A stretch of 64,000 bases of DNA, from positions 76,756,001 through 76,820,000 of the forward strand of contig OX597830.1 in NCBI GenBank assembly GCA_951406725.2. The letters are read 5' to 3'. Origin of the DNA: Octopus vulgaris (lineage: Eukaryota). The notes beneath the pieces are model-generated. The model worked only from the letters and a program-made list of their open reading frames with translations, was not told the origin of the DNA and made no database searches. Below are positions 1 to 14,261 of this stretch, piece by piece (the first letter of the stretch is position 1; the number at the start of each line of letters is the position of its first letter). The position numbers were made by a program, and so were the translations under genes.

Positions 1-426
1 AGAATTTGAGTGAGGGAGATCAAAAACAGTAAGAGAACAAGATAAAAAAAACAGATAGGCAAATAGATAGAAACAAAAATAGATACTTAAGCAGATGGCT
101 AGATATATAAATCGATTCCTAAGATATAGAGTGAAAAGGACATAGCGAGAGATAATATATAGGTGTGTCTTAGTACACAACTGAAATCTTATACTTTACC
201 TAAATCAAAACATTGTTTCTATGCAAATTATTGTTGTCTTCCACATTATTTCTTCACATGAATTATTTTGGTTCGCTTCTTTTTGGGATTTGAGTGCAGG
301 ACTTTTTTGATTTATGTATCTATGCATAGCGTCTTTCGTCCAAATAACCGATGAAAAATGCCTCGAAGATTTTATTAGATCCGGCATTTGAGACTCTGAG
401 TTCTGTTATGACAACTTACTGATTGT

Positions 427-495
<69 letters not shown>

Positions 496-541
496 ATATA
501 TATATATATATATATATGTATGAATATATATATATGTAGTG

Positions 542-631
<90 letters not shown>

Positions 632-690
632 TATTTATACATATATATATATATACATATATACATGTATATATATATGTATATATATAG

Positions 691-1412
691 CTGGGCCACT
701 CATATAAACACCAAAGTTGACATGGCCCGCAGAATGTGTTCCTGGATTCTCAGAACTTTCCAGTCGAGAGATATCCACACCATTATCCTTCTCTTCTCCA
801 CTTTTGCCCGACCCCACCTTGAATACTGTTGTCCACTGTGGTCTCCCCACACAATACAAGGTATCATAAAAGTTGAAGCACCTCAAAGGGCAATCACAAA
901 AAAGATAGATGGCATGACAGGCCTCGACTATTGGGGTCGGCTAGAAAAGCTAAAACTCTATTCTCTCCAACGTCGTCGTGAGCGCTACATCATCTGCATG
1001 ATGTGGAAAATATTCCATCAGCATTGCCCAAATGATGTTGGCATCACCTTTAAGGTACATCCAAGGCTTGGGCCCCGTGCCATCCGCCCAAAACAAAAAT
1101 CGCACTCTCATCTCATAACAACAATACGGCACAATTATTTCACCTCAATTGGCCCCGCTCTCTTTAACATTACACCAAAACACATTAAAACAGAAACTGA
1201 CCCTATAGGGTTCAAGAAGTCTTTGGACAGATTCCTTCAAGAAATCCCGGATAAACCCCCTACACCCGGATATGTCTCTGTAAACAATAACTCTCTACTT
1301 GAGTGGGCCATAGTGCCCAAATTCTGACTTGAAAGACTTCACCAGGTGGTGCTATTAAGTTAGACATGGCTCCAATAATGGCCGAAACCTATCAAAGTAT
1401 CAAAGTAAAGTA
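691..1412 (+). mobile_element. 5'-truncated CR1/L2-group LINE 3' end (RT C-terminal region plus 3' UTR)
   Basis: The ORF to 1327 reads [53 protein letters not shown], typical of CR1/L2-type ORF2 C-termini. It ends in a short repeat tail (atcaaagt x2) and is flanked by (TA)n. Confidence 0.85.
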
Positions 1413-1424
1413 TATATATATATG

Positions 1425-1456
<32 letters not shown>

Positions 1457-1572
1457 TATAAATAGATATATACATATATACATAAACGCATACACACATA
1501 TGTGTATATATGTATGCATATATATATATATATATATAAATATACATATAATTATATATATGCATGTATATA

Positions 1573-1629
<57 letters not shown>

Positions 1630-1785
1630 AAATAAATATAAGAGAGTGGTCACTATATTGCTCACTCTAGCACCAGTTAATCCAAAAGGTTTCAACCACG
1701 AAAATACATGCTTACCATGAAAGTCAGTACGATTGTTAGCTCACACGGACAGGGCAAATAAAAAATAACAAAAATACAGATTATT

Positions 1786-1866
1786 TTGGGACAATTGTTT
1801 CGCTATTAATGAATTAAATGTAATTTTACTTACAAAAAAAAAATCCATTTGTAGCTCGTCAGCCAA
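1786..1866 (-). ncRNA. Minimal type I hammerhead ribozyme, copy 1
   Basis: Minus strand: ttgg CTGACGA gcta [~50 nt] tagc GAAA caattg TC ccaa. Canonical core, stems I and II pair, palindromic stem III, GUC cleavage triplet. Confidence 0.85.
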
Positions 1867-2323
1867 GACTATCTGGATGAAATCCACTCAATCACACGCC
1901 AGATATTACCATAACGATAAATACGCGTGTGGTTCAATTGATTACATCCGACGTTATAATTCAAATGCCCCAACCAACAGCGCGCCAAACTTTCACGGAA
2001 AACAAATACAGCATTTAGAAATAAATGCAGCATAATTATAATTAATTAATAAGGGTGAGAGAATTAGATACTAATTTAATAGCATATTTATTCAACACCA
2101 AGTGGCCTAGTGCTTCGAGAAACCTGGATTATTATAATATTTTATAACATATTATAATATTTTTACAAAATAAATATAAGAGAGTGGTCACTATATTGCT
2201 CACTCTAGCACCAGTTAATCCAAAAGGTTTCAACCACGAAAATACATGCTTACCATGAAAGTCAGTACGATTGTTAGCTCACACGGACAGGGCAAATAAA
2301 AAATAACAAAAATACAGATTATT

Positions 2324-2402
2324 TTGGGACAATTGTTTCACTATTAATGAATTAAATGTAATTTTACTTACAAAAAAAATCCATTTGTAGCTCGTCAGCC
2401 AA
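2324..2402 (-). ncRNA. Minimal type I hammerhead ribozyme, copy 2
   Basis: Same motif. The stem II closing pair is G-U (tagt GAAA) instead of G-C. Confidence 0.8.
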
Positions 2403-2859
2403 GACTATCTGGATGAAATCCACTCAATCACACGCCAGATATTACCATAACGATAAATACGCGTGTGGTTCAATTGATTACATCCGACGTTATAATTCAA
2501 ATGCCCCAACCAACAGCGCACCAAACTTTCACGGAAAACAAATACAGCATTTAGAAATAAATGCAGCATAATTATAATTAATTAATAAGGGTGAGAGAAT
2601 TAGATACTAATTTAATAGCATATTTATTCAACACTAAGTGGCCTAGTGCTTCGAGAAACCTGGATTATTATAATATTTTATAACATATTATAATATTTTT
2701 ACAAAATAAATATAAGAGAGTGGTCACTATATTGCTCACTCTAGCACCAGTTAATCCAAAAGGTTTCAACCACGAAAATACATGCTTACCATGAAAGTCA
2801 GTACGATTGTTAGCTCACACGGACAGGGCAAATAAAAAATAACAAAAATACAGATTATT

Positions 2860-2939
2860 TTGGGACAATTGTTTCGCTATTAATGAATTAAATGTAATTT
2901 TACTTACAAAAAAAAATCCATTTGTAGCTCGTCAGCCAA
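2860..2939 (-). ncRNA. Minimal type I hammerhead ribozyme, copy 3
   Basis: Same motif as copy 1. Confidence 0.85.
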
Positions 2940-3491
2940 GACTATCTGGATGAAATCCACTCAATCACACGCCAGATATTACCATAACGATAAATACGCG
3001 TGTGGTTCAATTGATTACATCCGACGTTATAATTCAAATGCCCCAACCAACAGCGCGCCAAACTTTCACGGAAAACAAATACAGCATTTAGAAATAAATG
3101 CAGCATAATTATAATTAATTAATAAGGGTGAGAGAATTAGATACTAATTTAATAGCATATTTATTCAACACCAAGTGGCCTAGTGCTTCGAGAAACCTGG
3201 ATTATTATAATATTTTATAACATATTATAATATTTTTACAAAATAAATATAAGAGAGTGGTCACTATATTGCTCACTCTAGCACCAGTTAATCCAAAAGG
3301 TTTCAACCACGAAAATACATGCTTACCATGAAAGATGTCTATGAGTGCGTATGTGCATGCATGTGTATGCGTGCTTACACATGTATGAAGATAGGTATGC
3401 GTATATGCTAATGTCTGCTTATATGTTTAGTTATAGTAACAATACTTTTACATTAATCTATACTTTTGTAGAGTACAAATTTATTATTCAT

Positions 3492-3912
3492 AGTATCTTT
3501 TCGGTTTGAACGGCAGGTTTTAACATAATTTCTAGGTAACTAAAAAATTTTAAACTTTGTATACTGGTAGAATGTGTTTATAAAACATCTTTTTCTCTTG
3601 GCTTTATTGAGAAAATTCTATAGTTTGTAAGATATTTGTTGTTTTTTTTTCTTCAATTTCTGCAATTTCAACCAATCAGTGACGTCTATTGAGATAAAAA
3701 AACATTCTGTGCCGTATGAATATATCCCCCGTTTAAGAAACAGATTGGGTTTATTTACATTTGTGGAGAAAAAAAGATACCCTTCCCCCCACCCCTAACC
3801 CTAACCCTAAAACAGATTGAAATGCAATAGGTCGATACTAGGGTCATAATTATGGGTGACAATTTCACATGACATTGCTAGTAAAAACTGCCGTTCAAAC
3901 CGAAAAGATTCT
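3492..3912. mobile_element. MITE with ~25-bp TIRs, 6-bp TSD and internal (CCCTAA)n
   Basis: TIRs atcttttcggtttgaacggcag / ctgccgttcaaaccgaaaagat. TSD attcat at 3486-3491 and 3913-3918. A second copy lies at 56697-57131. Confidence 0.88.
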
Positions 3913-3973
3913 ATTCATATTCAAGAATGTTGTTGACAGTGACTTCGAAGTTTCCACGAGTTAAGCTCTCCTC

Positions 3974-4020
3974 AGCATTCTGATGATGGCTTATCTGGCC
4001 GAAACTTAGAAGTCATTGCT
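3974..4020 (+). ncRNA. Hammerhead ribozyme motif, partly decayed, back-to-back with an inverted degenerate copy at ~3935-3980
   Basis: agcatt CTGATGA t ggc ttatctg gcc GAAA cttagaag TC attgct. The minus strand upstream reads CTGAGGA gag..ctc gtg GAAA cttcgaag TC. Confidence 0.65.
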
Positions 4021-4194
4021 AACATCATACGTGTTTAAGAATAATAAACATTAATCTCCCTTATTCACCAAATGATACACGAGGGGAGGTTTTATATAAT
4101 GAAGGTGTAGCACACCCAAGGGTAGTGCACCAGCAAGATCGCAGCTTTAAAGCTGAAACAAGAGTTAAGTATACATATATATTCATATTTGTAC

Positions 4195-4258
<64 letters not shown>

Positions 4259-4331
4259 GTCTGTCTGTCTGTCTATCTATCTGTTTGTCTGTCTGTCTGT
4301 CTGTCTGTTTTTCTATTTGTCTGTATGTCTG

Positions 4332-4394
<63 letters not shown>

Positions 4395-4549
4395 GTCTGT
4401 CTGTCTGTTTATCTATCTATCTAATTATCTATCTAACTATCAATCTATCTATCTATCTATCTCTTTCTCTCTCTATATATATACATGATACCGTTTATAT
4501 ATGTGTCTATATGTATATGCACGTTCGTGTGTATATATATGTTTATAAT

Positions 4550-4593
<44 letters not shown>

Positions 4594-4790
4594 CACACAC
4601 ACATATATGCATATACATTTGTGAATGTATATACATAATTTATATATACATATGTATGTATGTATGTATATGTATATATGTATATATGTATATATATGTT
4701 TATATATATATGCACACACAGATACACATATGTATAGATATACATAAATATAAATGTACACACAGACATACGTATATATATATATATATG

Positions 4791-4899
<109 letters not shown>

Positions 4900-5212
4900 C
4901 TATATAAACGTGTGTACGTATAAGTATGGACACACGTTTTGATGTTTATCACCGTATCCGTCTAATTTGATACATTTATTTTATTCTTTTCTAAATATTT
5001 TACATCGTTTCCTAAATTTATTTAGATATTTCTGTTATTCTTCTAGTAGGTTCATTTATTCAGAATTCGCGATTTGTGACGGGTAGCTTTGTAGTATCTG
5101 CTAGTTGATTTGTGTATCCATTTGTTGGTACCCGTATTATTTCATTTCTAGTATTTGTTACTCGTGTTTTGTTTTGCGTTCGTGATTTACGTCTTGCACC
5201 AAATGCCTTCTT

Positions 5213-5259
<47 letters not shown>

Positions 5260-5492
5260 TCTTTTTGTGTATCTATTTACTTATTTATTCATTTATTTTT
5301 TTTTTCTTTTGTGAGTCTGTTTATTTACTTGCCGTTGGCAGACACCAGATACTTTTTTGTGTAGTGTCAATGGGTACACGATCACGTGACCATGTTGATA
5401 CCTAAACAGATACTCATGCTCGTGTGGATGCATAGGAGAATAACACACAACAGACACACACCACACACACATTAACACGCACCTATACCCTC

Positions 5493-5525
<33 letters not shown>

Positions 5526-5729
5526 GTATACACGCACACGTGGACCCATAAGCACGCACGAAATCCTACGGGCACACACATACTCCCTATCATACGTACA
5601 TTCTCATACACATTTTGGAATCCATCCGGAGTAGCATCAGGGTTAATGCAACAAATATGAAATACACCTACATATATAAATCTATCTGTGTATGAGTGAA
5701 TGTGTTAATATATGTATATGTGCGTGCGA

Positions 5730-5798
<69 letters not shown>

Positions 5799-6395
5799 TG
5801 TGAGAGAGATACGAGAATGTTTATTGATCATTACAATTGTTTCGACCCATCTAGCATCGATTCCTGACACTCGCTGACGATATATCGAAGAGGCCGGGGA
5901 ACAGAAGAAAGAAGAAGAAAGAAGACATGCACCCAACACCAGATCTGAAGGCATCTCCGAAAGAGGGGGCCCCGCCACGTCAAACCGGTAGAGGAGTAGG
6001 GGTCGAAACAGGACGTGGTTCCTCCTGTTGATGTCTTGAGCTAACTGGATCCTATAAAGGAGCTGTAGTGGTAGCAGACCATGAAACACGGTTGCAATTC
6101 CTCCGGGTGGGATACTGATCAATACACATTCGGGTATCTTCCATCTCTCATTAATGAAATACCCAATGAACACTGAGAAAGTGAGCGTGCTTTACCGGTA
6201 ACCTACCAGGTTTATACCATACGATTTATTAACTAATATATATACGTCAGGTGTCGAAGTGTTTCCAGAGCAACATGAGATGGAGTGTTTTGCTTAAAAA
6301 CACAACTCACCACCCCGTCTAGGAATTGAAACCGTAATCGCGTGATCGTGAGTGCAACACCCTAACCACTAGGCCATATATATTAGTATTTGTTC

Positions 6396-6626
6396 AAGGC
6401 GGCGAGTTAGCAGAAATGCTAGCACGCCGGGCGAAATGCTTAGCCGTGTTTCGTATGTCGCTACATTCTGAGTTCAAATTCCGCCGGGGTCGACTTTGCC
6501 TTTTATCCTTTCGGGGTCGATTAAATATGTCCCAGTTACGCACTAGGGTCGATATAATCGACTTAATCCGTGCGTCTGTCCTTGTTTGTCCCCTCTGTGT
6601 TTAGCCCCTTGTGGGTAGTAAAGAAA
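6396..6626 (+). mobile_element. tRNA-derived SINE, family A
   Basis: Head ggcggcgagttagcagaa, B-box gagttcaaattcc, central cctttcggggtcgat domain. TSD atatattagtatttgttc on both sides. Many copies in the window. Confidence 0.85.
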
Positions 6627-8613
6627 TATATATTAGTATTTGTTCTTCTTTAATATCTATAAAAACTAAACTTCGTCAGGAGTTTCGAATTTTTTTCATA
6701 CATTTGATAGGTCAACTACAAATATGGCTTTCTACATAGGAAGGGCGATATTGGGTAGGGTAACAGTTAAAGTTGCAGATGGAAATCATTCCCATTGTGA
6801 CCAAATTCTCAATGTTTTATCCAGTGGCTTATTTCAGTTCTTTTCAATACAGTACGATCTTCCAAACGTAACCAAATGTATCAAAACTCTTTCGAAACGG
6901 CCGATCGAAAATTGCAAAGAAAAGATGATTCAACTGGTTGGACAGTCGGGTGATTTGTGGATTAAACACTTATCCAAACTTTATGATCAATGAGTTTTTA
7001 GTTTCTCAAAACAGTAGTGTGTGATATTTAGCGGAGTGGTTAAATAATTTGACTGCTATTTCTAGCAGATACATCTAACACCCTATCATAGTAGGTTCAT
7101 CTTCACTGACAACGATACGAAGTTCACAAAATACCGCTTGAGTCTTATTTTTCTTCCCGTCACTTTCTGATGCTCCCTCTCTCTCTCTCACGCGTTTTCT
7201 TTTCATGCTCTCTCTCTCTCTCTCTCTTTCACTTTTTCTTTTCATGCTCTCTCTCTCTCTCTCTGTTGATACAATCTCTCTCTCTCTCTTGATACAATCT
7301 CTCTCTCTCGCTGTTGATACAATCTCTCTCTCTCTTTCATTTCACGTGCTCTCTCTGTATCATTTTCCCGTCTCTCTCATTTCTGTCTTTCAATCTGTCT
7401 TTTTAATTCTCTCTCTCTTTCTATTTTTCATTTCGTGATTTCTTCTCTCTCTCTCTCTCACTTCGCTATCTCTATCATTTCGATTTCTCATTCCCTCTCT
7501 CTCTCTCTGATAATGTCTCTTTCCCTCTCTCTGTCTCTCTCATAATGCCTCTTTCTCTCTCTCTCTCCCTCCCTCTCTCCCTCTCATTCTTTTTCCCTCG
7601 CTCTCCCACTCTTGGACAATCCCACTTAGGCCAACCGCCAGCCTTATCACAACAAAAAAACAAGCAAACGAACAAAACGGAGAGAGAAGCAACTAATATT
7701 TTATACGTACCGTTATTCTCACCATGTCTTTGAGGTTAATGTAATCTTTATGTGACTAAAGGGCTGTAATTTGACATTCATTGACTGCACGTCCAAAATG
7801 AACTACCGACAAGACACCCGTTTCTGCTTCTAGCCCTATTAACCTCTGGCATTATAAACACTTATTAAGTAAGTCTGCTAATGATTAAACTATGTTGCAT
7901 GGATCAATCATACTTGCGGCTGTCCCCTTTCCTCTTTTCATTTTTCTATCTGTTACCCTTTCTACCATATATATATACGAAAAAGTTTAGGAGCTCACTT
8001 CGCAATGCCTCGATTTTTTTAGAATTAACAACAAAATATCTCGACCATCACTACAAACACCAGCATCACAATGAACACAGCAATCAAATTCACAGTAACC
8101 GCAACAATAAAAAAACAATCAACGCCACCACCGCTCCAACCATTTCGTTAATTGTTCTTCAAATTGGCGAAAGAAATATATGTTCATACACACACGTGTA
8201 TACTTCAGGGCAAAATGAGCGTAAATGAACTTACACGATGAATGGGGCTCATATACGGAAGAACATACTTTTATATGTACGCGAATGTGTGCGAATGTGT
8301 GCGTGTGTGTATGCATGCATACACATCTATATCTATCTATCTATCTCTTTCTCTTTCTTTCGCGCTCTCTCTTTTCTCTCTCTCTCTCTCTCATATATAC
8401 ATATATATATATATATATAATTATTATTATTTGAGGGAATATAAATCCAAACTTACAGGGAAAAAAATTCAATTTAGAAATACTAAATCAAATTTCACAC
8501 AATATAATATGTATATATATATATATATATATATAATTTAATAAATAAAAAATATATATGCATACATACACACATATATGTGCGTACCTACATCTACATG
8601 TATATATACATGC

Positions 8614-8648
<35 letters not shown>

Positions 8649-8791
8649 TGTGAGTACAGGACACCGCAATTAAACGTAGGACACAACGAGAAACGAAAAC
8701 ATAAAAACAACTAGGAAACGGACTTTTTTAAACAACGGAAAAACAGGGTACAAGACAAACAATACAAGGAATATTCCCCTTCATCAGCTGT

Positions 8792-8847
<56 letters not shown>

Positions 8848-9118
8848 GCATGTTGAAGGATTAAAATTAATCAAAGGGCATACGAAGTATGTCTACCTAC
8901 TGGAAATAAAAGTCAAAACTCTTATTTAAATTGCCAGAATACACTGATGTATTTTTCAGGAATTATTTTTCTCGTGAATTATTTGCTCCGTATTAAGATT
9001 ATATATATCCGTGTATGTATGCATATATGTATCTCTGTGTATGCCTGTACGTTTGTATGTATGTATGTATGTATGTATGTATGTATGTATGTATGTATGT
9101 ATGTATTATGTATGTATG

Positions 9119-9167
<49 letters not shown>

Positions 9168-9923
9168 ATGTAAAGGATAATTATGTTTGAGAAATATCTA
9201 AGATATAATTATCATAAACACATATTATAACGAACTAAAAAAAATTAAATAAAAGAAGTAACGCGAAAAAACTGAGTAGACAGCATATAGAAAATGTGGA
9301 AGGTTTATATATATATATAAACGAAATGAAATAGTATTAAACTTCTTGGCTTTGTTAGTTTTTTTTTTTAATTCTTGTTACCGTTATTGTTATCGCACAA
9401 AAGTATCTAAAAACATTAGATTTATAGCCAAATAATCATCGTTGAAAACGATGCTTGGTCCAGCATATGACAGTCGCATTAGAATAGAGTTAACATTCGT
9501 TCACATAACAGTGGTGACAGGCAATCTAAGGGTAAAGTTTCAATAATGTTACCCCCATCAGCAAGAGATATCAGCCATCACATTCAAATTATAATACACC
9601 ACATTAAGTGCAAGAGGAGAAAGAACATGTTGGATATATATACTTATGAGTAATATTGTTTGAAAAATTAAATCCCTTAGAGGGTTCCTATGGAATTCTT
9701 CTGTTCTGTGTGATGGATGATACTTGCCTGGGGTTAAACGAGAAGAGCTCAGCAACAAAAGCAATCAACGCTACAACCAATGAGCTGATAAGAGGCCCTT
9801 AACGTTTTCGACTAGTCTGCAAGAAATGATACTCATACCTCCTCTCCTTCATACCTCCTCTCCTTCATTTAACCAATTCCCTATCATATTTCTATAAAAT
9901 GCAAGACAATAGGTGTGTATATG

Positions 9924-10011
<88 letters not shown>

Positions 10012-10387
10012 TTTCAAATTTTGGAATAAGGCTAGCCAAGAAATTTGAAAAGGAGCATTGTTAGTTGATTACATCGACACCAGATCTCAATCAGTATTTA
10101 TTTTATGTACCCTGAAAGGCAAAGTCGGTCTCGGCAAAATTTGGACGCAGAGCGTAAAGACGAACGAAAGATCGCTTAGCATTTTGCCCGGAATGCTAAC
10201 GGCTCAGCCAAGACGCCGCCTTATTGTACCTATATGTATTAAATCAGGAATTAAAAGCAGCACTAGCAACATAGACATTATTGGTTACACACTGCACATG
10301 TGTGTGTGTGAATGTGTGTGCGTGCATGCACATATACACATATATGCATACACACGTACATACATACACACACTCATATATATATAA

Positions 10388-10475
<88 letters not shown>

Positions 10476-10576
10476 TCTGCTCGCTTAGCCAGCGGGGTGC
10501 TGTCATTTGAAGGCTAAAACAATGCGAAGCGCATTGTGACCAGCGATGTATAGCAACATCTGATAGCCTGGTCAGT

Positions 10577-10667
<91 letters not shown>

Positions 10668-10879
10668 CAAAAAGAGTGTGTGTGTGTGAGGGAGCGAGAG
10701 AGAGAGAGAGACAGGGATAGACAGACAAACAGACATAGATAGGCATAATTGTGCACTACGAAGCTTCTTTCAAATTTGTGTGTGTGTGTGTATGTGTGTG
10801 TATGTGTGTTTGAATGTGTGTGTATACCTGTGGGTGTATGTGTGTGTCTGTATCACGATGCATGCGTGCATGTATGCGT

Positions 10880-11440
10880 GTGCATATTCTAGTCGTATAA
10901 GTGTCCATATAAATATAACTGTGGAGTTTTGTGTGAAGTCGGGGGGAAGGTGTCTGGTTTCCAGAGTCTCCGTGTGTACACAACAATGTCTCCGGTTCCA
11001 ATTTTTGTCTACAATATATTGATTTATACCATAAACATTCTCGATAGAAATGACAGTCAAAATACACAGGAAGCAAAACAACATATACATACAAAAAGAG
11101 GATATCTATAGACAATTGCTTCGAAACCTCTGGTTTCTATATCCAGACTATGAATTCATATCGATACCAATAATAATTGGAGCATTAGGTTTTGTTAGTA
11201 AATGCTTAAAGGAGAATCTGGATAAACTGAGATTTTCAGGAAGAGAAATCGACCGGCTAATTCGGACATAACAAGTGTAATCTGTGACTGGAACAGTAAA
11301 AAATATGCAAGATTTTTCTCAAGTTTCAAATGTTAATTTGTCTTTGTTAACTACCTCCCAAAGATGGGGGCTTGTTTCTTTGTTGGAAATCCGCTCCCTC
11401 CACAATGGAAGATTTGTAATAATGAAAAAAATAGAAGACG
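10880..11440 (+). mobile_element. Decayed 3' end of an RLE-type (R4/Dong-like) non-LTR retrotransposon
   Basis: KEDIYRQLLRNLWFLYPDYEFISIPIIIGALGFVSKCLKENLDKL resembles the RLE C-terminal P-x-x-x-GALG block. Followed directly by (CATA)n. Confidence 0.6.
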
Positions 11441-11519
11441 CATACATACATACATACATACATACATACATACATACACACATACATACACACATACATA
11501 CATACACACACACACATAC

Positions 11520-11716
11520 ACACTTCTCTCCTTTTTTTTCTCCTTATTTCTTTCCTTGTTTTTCTCTCCTTGTATTTTTTCCTGTGTCCCTTTCTGTAGA
11601 AGAGCGTATGCTCGAAACGTAAAAGACTTTTTCTATTCCTGAGCATTATACTAATACATCTGTTTGTTTTGTACACCACCTGTCTTCGTCTTTTGTGTTT
11701 TTCGTAAACTCTCCCT
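11520..11716 (+). mobile_element. ~200-bp dispersed element with variant hammerhead (CUGUAGA core) at 11590-11625
   Basis: cttt CTGTAGA a gagc gtat gctc GAAA cg TA aaag. Homologous copies at 22640, 28060 and 30557 on the minus strand. Confidence 0.75.
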
Positions 11717-11784
11717 ATACATACATACATACATACATACATACATACATACATACATACATACATACATACATGCATACATAT

Positions 11785-11978
11785 ACGAGAGAAGCTGAAA
11801 AGAAAGCTGTTTGGAAGCCCTAAATTTCGAGTTCTTTTACTGGGCTTAGAAAAACCGAAGTTCCACTGCAATAAGTGTGTTAATCTGAGAGGGAAGCATG
11901 TTGAATAAAACCATAATTAACTGGTTCTCCTGTATTTTCTTAAACTCAAAGCCAGAAGCTTTTCAGCATTCCGTCGTA
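11785..11978. mobile_element. Decayed mariner-derived MITE
   Basis: TA-cgag..ctgaaaag / cttttcagca..tcg-TA termini. Shares aaatttcgagttcttttac.gggcttag with 16838-17048. Confidence 0.55.
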
Positions 11979-12256
11979 TGTATGTGTGTTTGTGTGTGTG
12001 TGTGTGTGGGGGGTGTACTATTTGCAGGCGATGAAAGTCCGAGTTCCGAGCGTAGCCTGTGAATTTTCCTATCCAAAAGACGTTTCAACCCAATATAATT
12101 TTATGGGCTGCGTGATCCAGTTAATAAACAAAAAGAGAAAAAAGACAGGAACAAAATTATTTCACGCTCTCTCGAAAGTTTAAGGATTCGTATGACGTCA
12201 ACAATTTAATGGCGTATACTCGATGTCCAGAATATATATATATATATATGTGTATT

Positions 12257-12298
<42 letters not shown>

Positions 12299-12299
12299 C

Positions 12300-12646
12300 C
12301 ATGGCACTTCGTCGGAACAGCCTGCTCGTGAAATTAACGTGTAAGTGGTTGAGCACTCCACAGACACGTGTACCGTTAACGTAGTTCTCGGGTCGATTCA
12401 GCGTGACACAGAGTGTGACATGACTGGCCCTTTGAAATAATAGGTGCAACAGAAACAGGAAGAAGGAGTGAGAGAAAGTTGTGGTGAAAGAATACAGCAG
12501 GGTTCGCCACCAACCTCTGCCGGATTCTCGTGGAGATTGAAGTGTTTTCGCTCAAAAAAAACTCACGACGCCCGGTCTGGGAATCGAAACCACGATCCTA
12601 TGATAGCGAGTCCGCTGCCCTAACCACTGGGTCATTGCGCCTCCAC
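12300..12646 (-). mobile_element. tRNA-derived SINE, family C (tail type 2)
   Basis: Reverse complement starts ggaggcgcaatgacccagtggttagggcagcggactcg, with B-box gtttcgattccc. Homologous to 61752-62139. Confidence 0.85.
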
Positions 12647-12669
12647 ATATTTATATATATATGAGTGTT

Positions 12670-13032
12670 CGTGTGTAAATTCGTATCTGTAAGATTATAA
12701 GCAATTCTTAGAATATTTGTTCAATGGTTCAAGATATATTCAACATTGGTTACACTTTATAAATTTATCATAAATATACACATATAGGTATATATATACA
12801 TACACACACATATGTATATATGTATATCTATGTAGTTAGATAGATAGATATACATATGTATGTGTGTGTGTATGTGTATATACATGTGTGCACGTGTGTG
12901 TGTTTGTGTTTGTGTGTGTGTAGCTATGTATGTATTATAAATTTATAAAGTTTATCCAATATTCAAGATATCTTAAACATTGAACAAATATTCTTAGATT
13001 TTCTTATAGTCTTATAGATACTATTTTACACA
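12670..13032. repeat. Diverged ~100-bp inverted repeat around a microsatellite core (foldback or MITE-like)
   Basis: gaatatttgttcaatg..actttataaatttat at ~12710-12770 mirrors ataaatttataaagt..cattgaacaaatattc at ~12937-12993. Confidence 0.65.
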
Positions 13033-13961
13033 CGCACATACACACGCGCAAGCAAACGCACGTTACTATCACAACAACCATCACCACCACCACCACCACC
13101 ACCACCACCACCATCATCACCACCACCACAACCAGAACCACCACCAAATCATCATTCTTCCACTGACTTAATATTCAGTAGAGAAAATTATACACTAGTC
13201 TCCTGAATACGATAACAAACCGGAACACATATTGAAAGGAACTTTACGTATGTATAAATACATACATACATGCATACATACATACATACATACATACATA
13301 CATACATACAGATAGATATATGTATGTGTGTATTATTCATATATTTATACACAGACAAACGAAGGCACACATACACACACACACATACATATAACACACA
13401 CAAAGACGCACACATTTATATACAAGTACGTATATAAGTATTCAGTTTGTAGACGTACAGGTATGTAACCGTATATCTATACATACGTGTCTGCATGCGC
13501 GTGTGTATTATGGGTGCATACTTGTAAATATATACGGAAGTATGTGTGTATTTGTGCGTGTGTATACACACGCTCACACACACACATATATACAGGCATA
13601 CACACACATAATTCGCGCAGACGCACACGTATACGCTCACATACAAACGCAGGACATTGACTTTGACTGGTGCTATAAATAATTTCCTTATCTAATTTGT
13701 TAAGTACTACTTGTCCTCTGTTTGTGAAGTGATAGGACATAACAATAAACATATGCCTCTATACCAGCCGACTGCTTACAATCAATATAACACGATGGTC
13801 AGCCATTTTGTGTCAGCCGAAGATAGCACGAAGTTTGTTTAGCCGCCATTTTAGATGGTAACCACACTTAGATATTTTCATAACTCTATCCATCCTAGAC
13901 GCCTCTGGTTAACGTAAATTAACAGTAGTATTTTATGTGGCTGTTTATCCTATCCTCCCCC

Positions 13962-13981
13962 TCCTTCTTCTTCTTCTTCTT

Positions 13982-14064
<83 letters not shown>

Positions 14065-14087
14065 CATTATCATCATCATCATCATCA

Positions 14088-14118
<31 letters not shown>

Positions 14119-14165
14119 CATTATTATCATCATTATTATTATCATTATTATCATCATTATTGTTG

Positions 14166-14223
<58 letters not shown>

Positions 14224-14236
14224 CATTATTATTATC
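13962..14236. repeat. Compound trinucleotide microsatellite (CTT)n(TTA)n(TCA)n
   Basis: Directly visible. Confidence 0.95.
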
Positions 14237-14261
14237 TGTTTTATTGTGTCTTTGCTTTATA

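Larger units (their letters stand above)
1629..3334 (-). repeat. Tandem array of ~3.2 x 536-538 bp units, one hammerhead ribozyme per unit (retrozyme-like or PLE pLTR array)
   Basis: The unit start aaaataaatataagagagtggtcac recurs at ~1629, 2167, 2703 and 3240. Units are near-identical with no long ORF. Confidence 0.92.

Noticed and set aside
343-408. Possible U4C hammerhead (CCGATGA aaaatgcc..ggcattt GAGA ctctgag TT)
   Set aside because: GAAA is mutated and stem I does not pair. At most a decayed relic.
1629-3334. CRISPR-like or simple satellite interpretation of the tandem arrays
   Set aside because: There are no unique spacers or cas genes, the context is eukaryotic, and the units are better explained by their hammerheads.
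5820-5900. GAAA caattg TA half-motif on the minus strand, also at ~22415-22490
   Set aside because: I found no intact CUGANGA with a matching stem II. Probably decayed pLTRs.
8650-8796. CTGATGA on the minus strand at ~8782
   Set aside because: No downstream GAAA/NUH partner.
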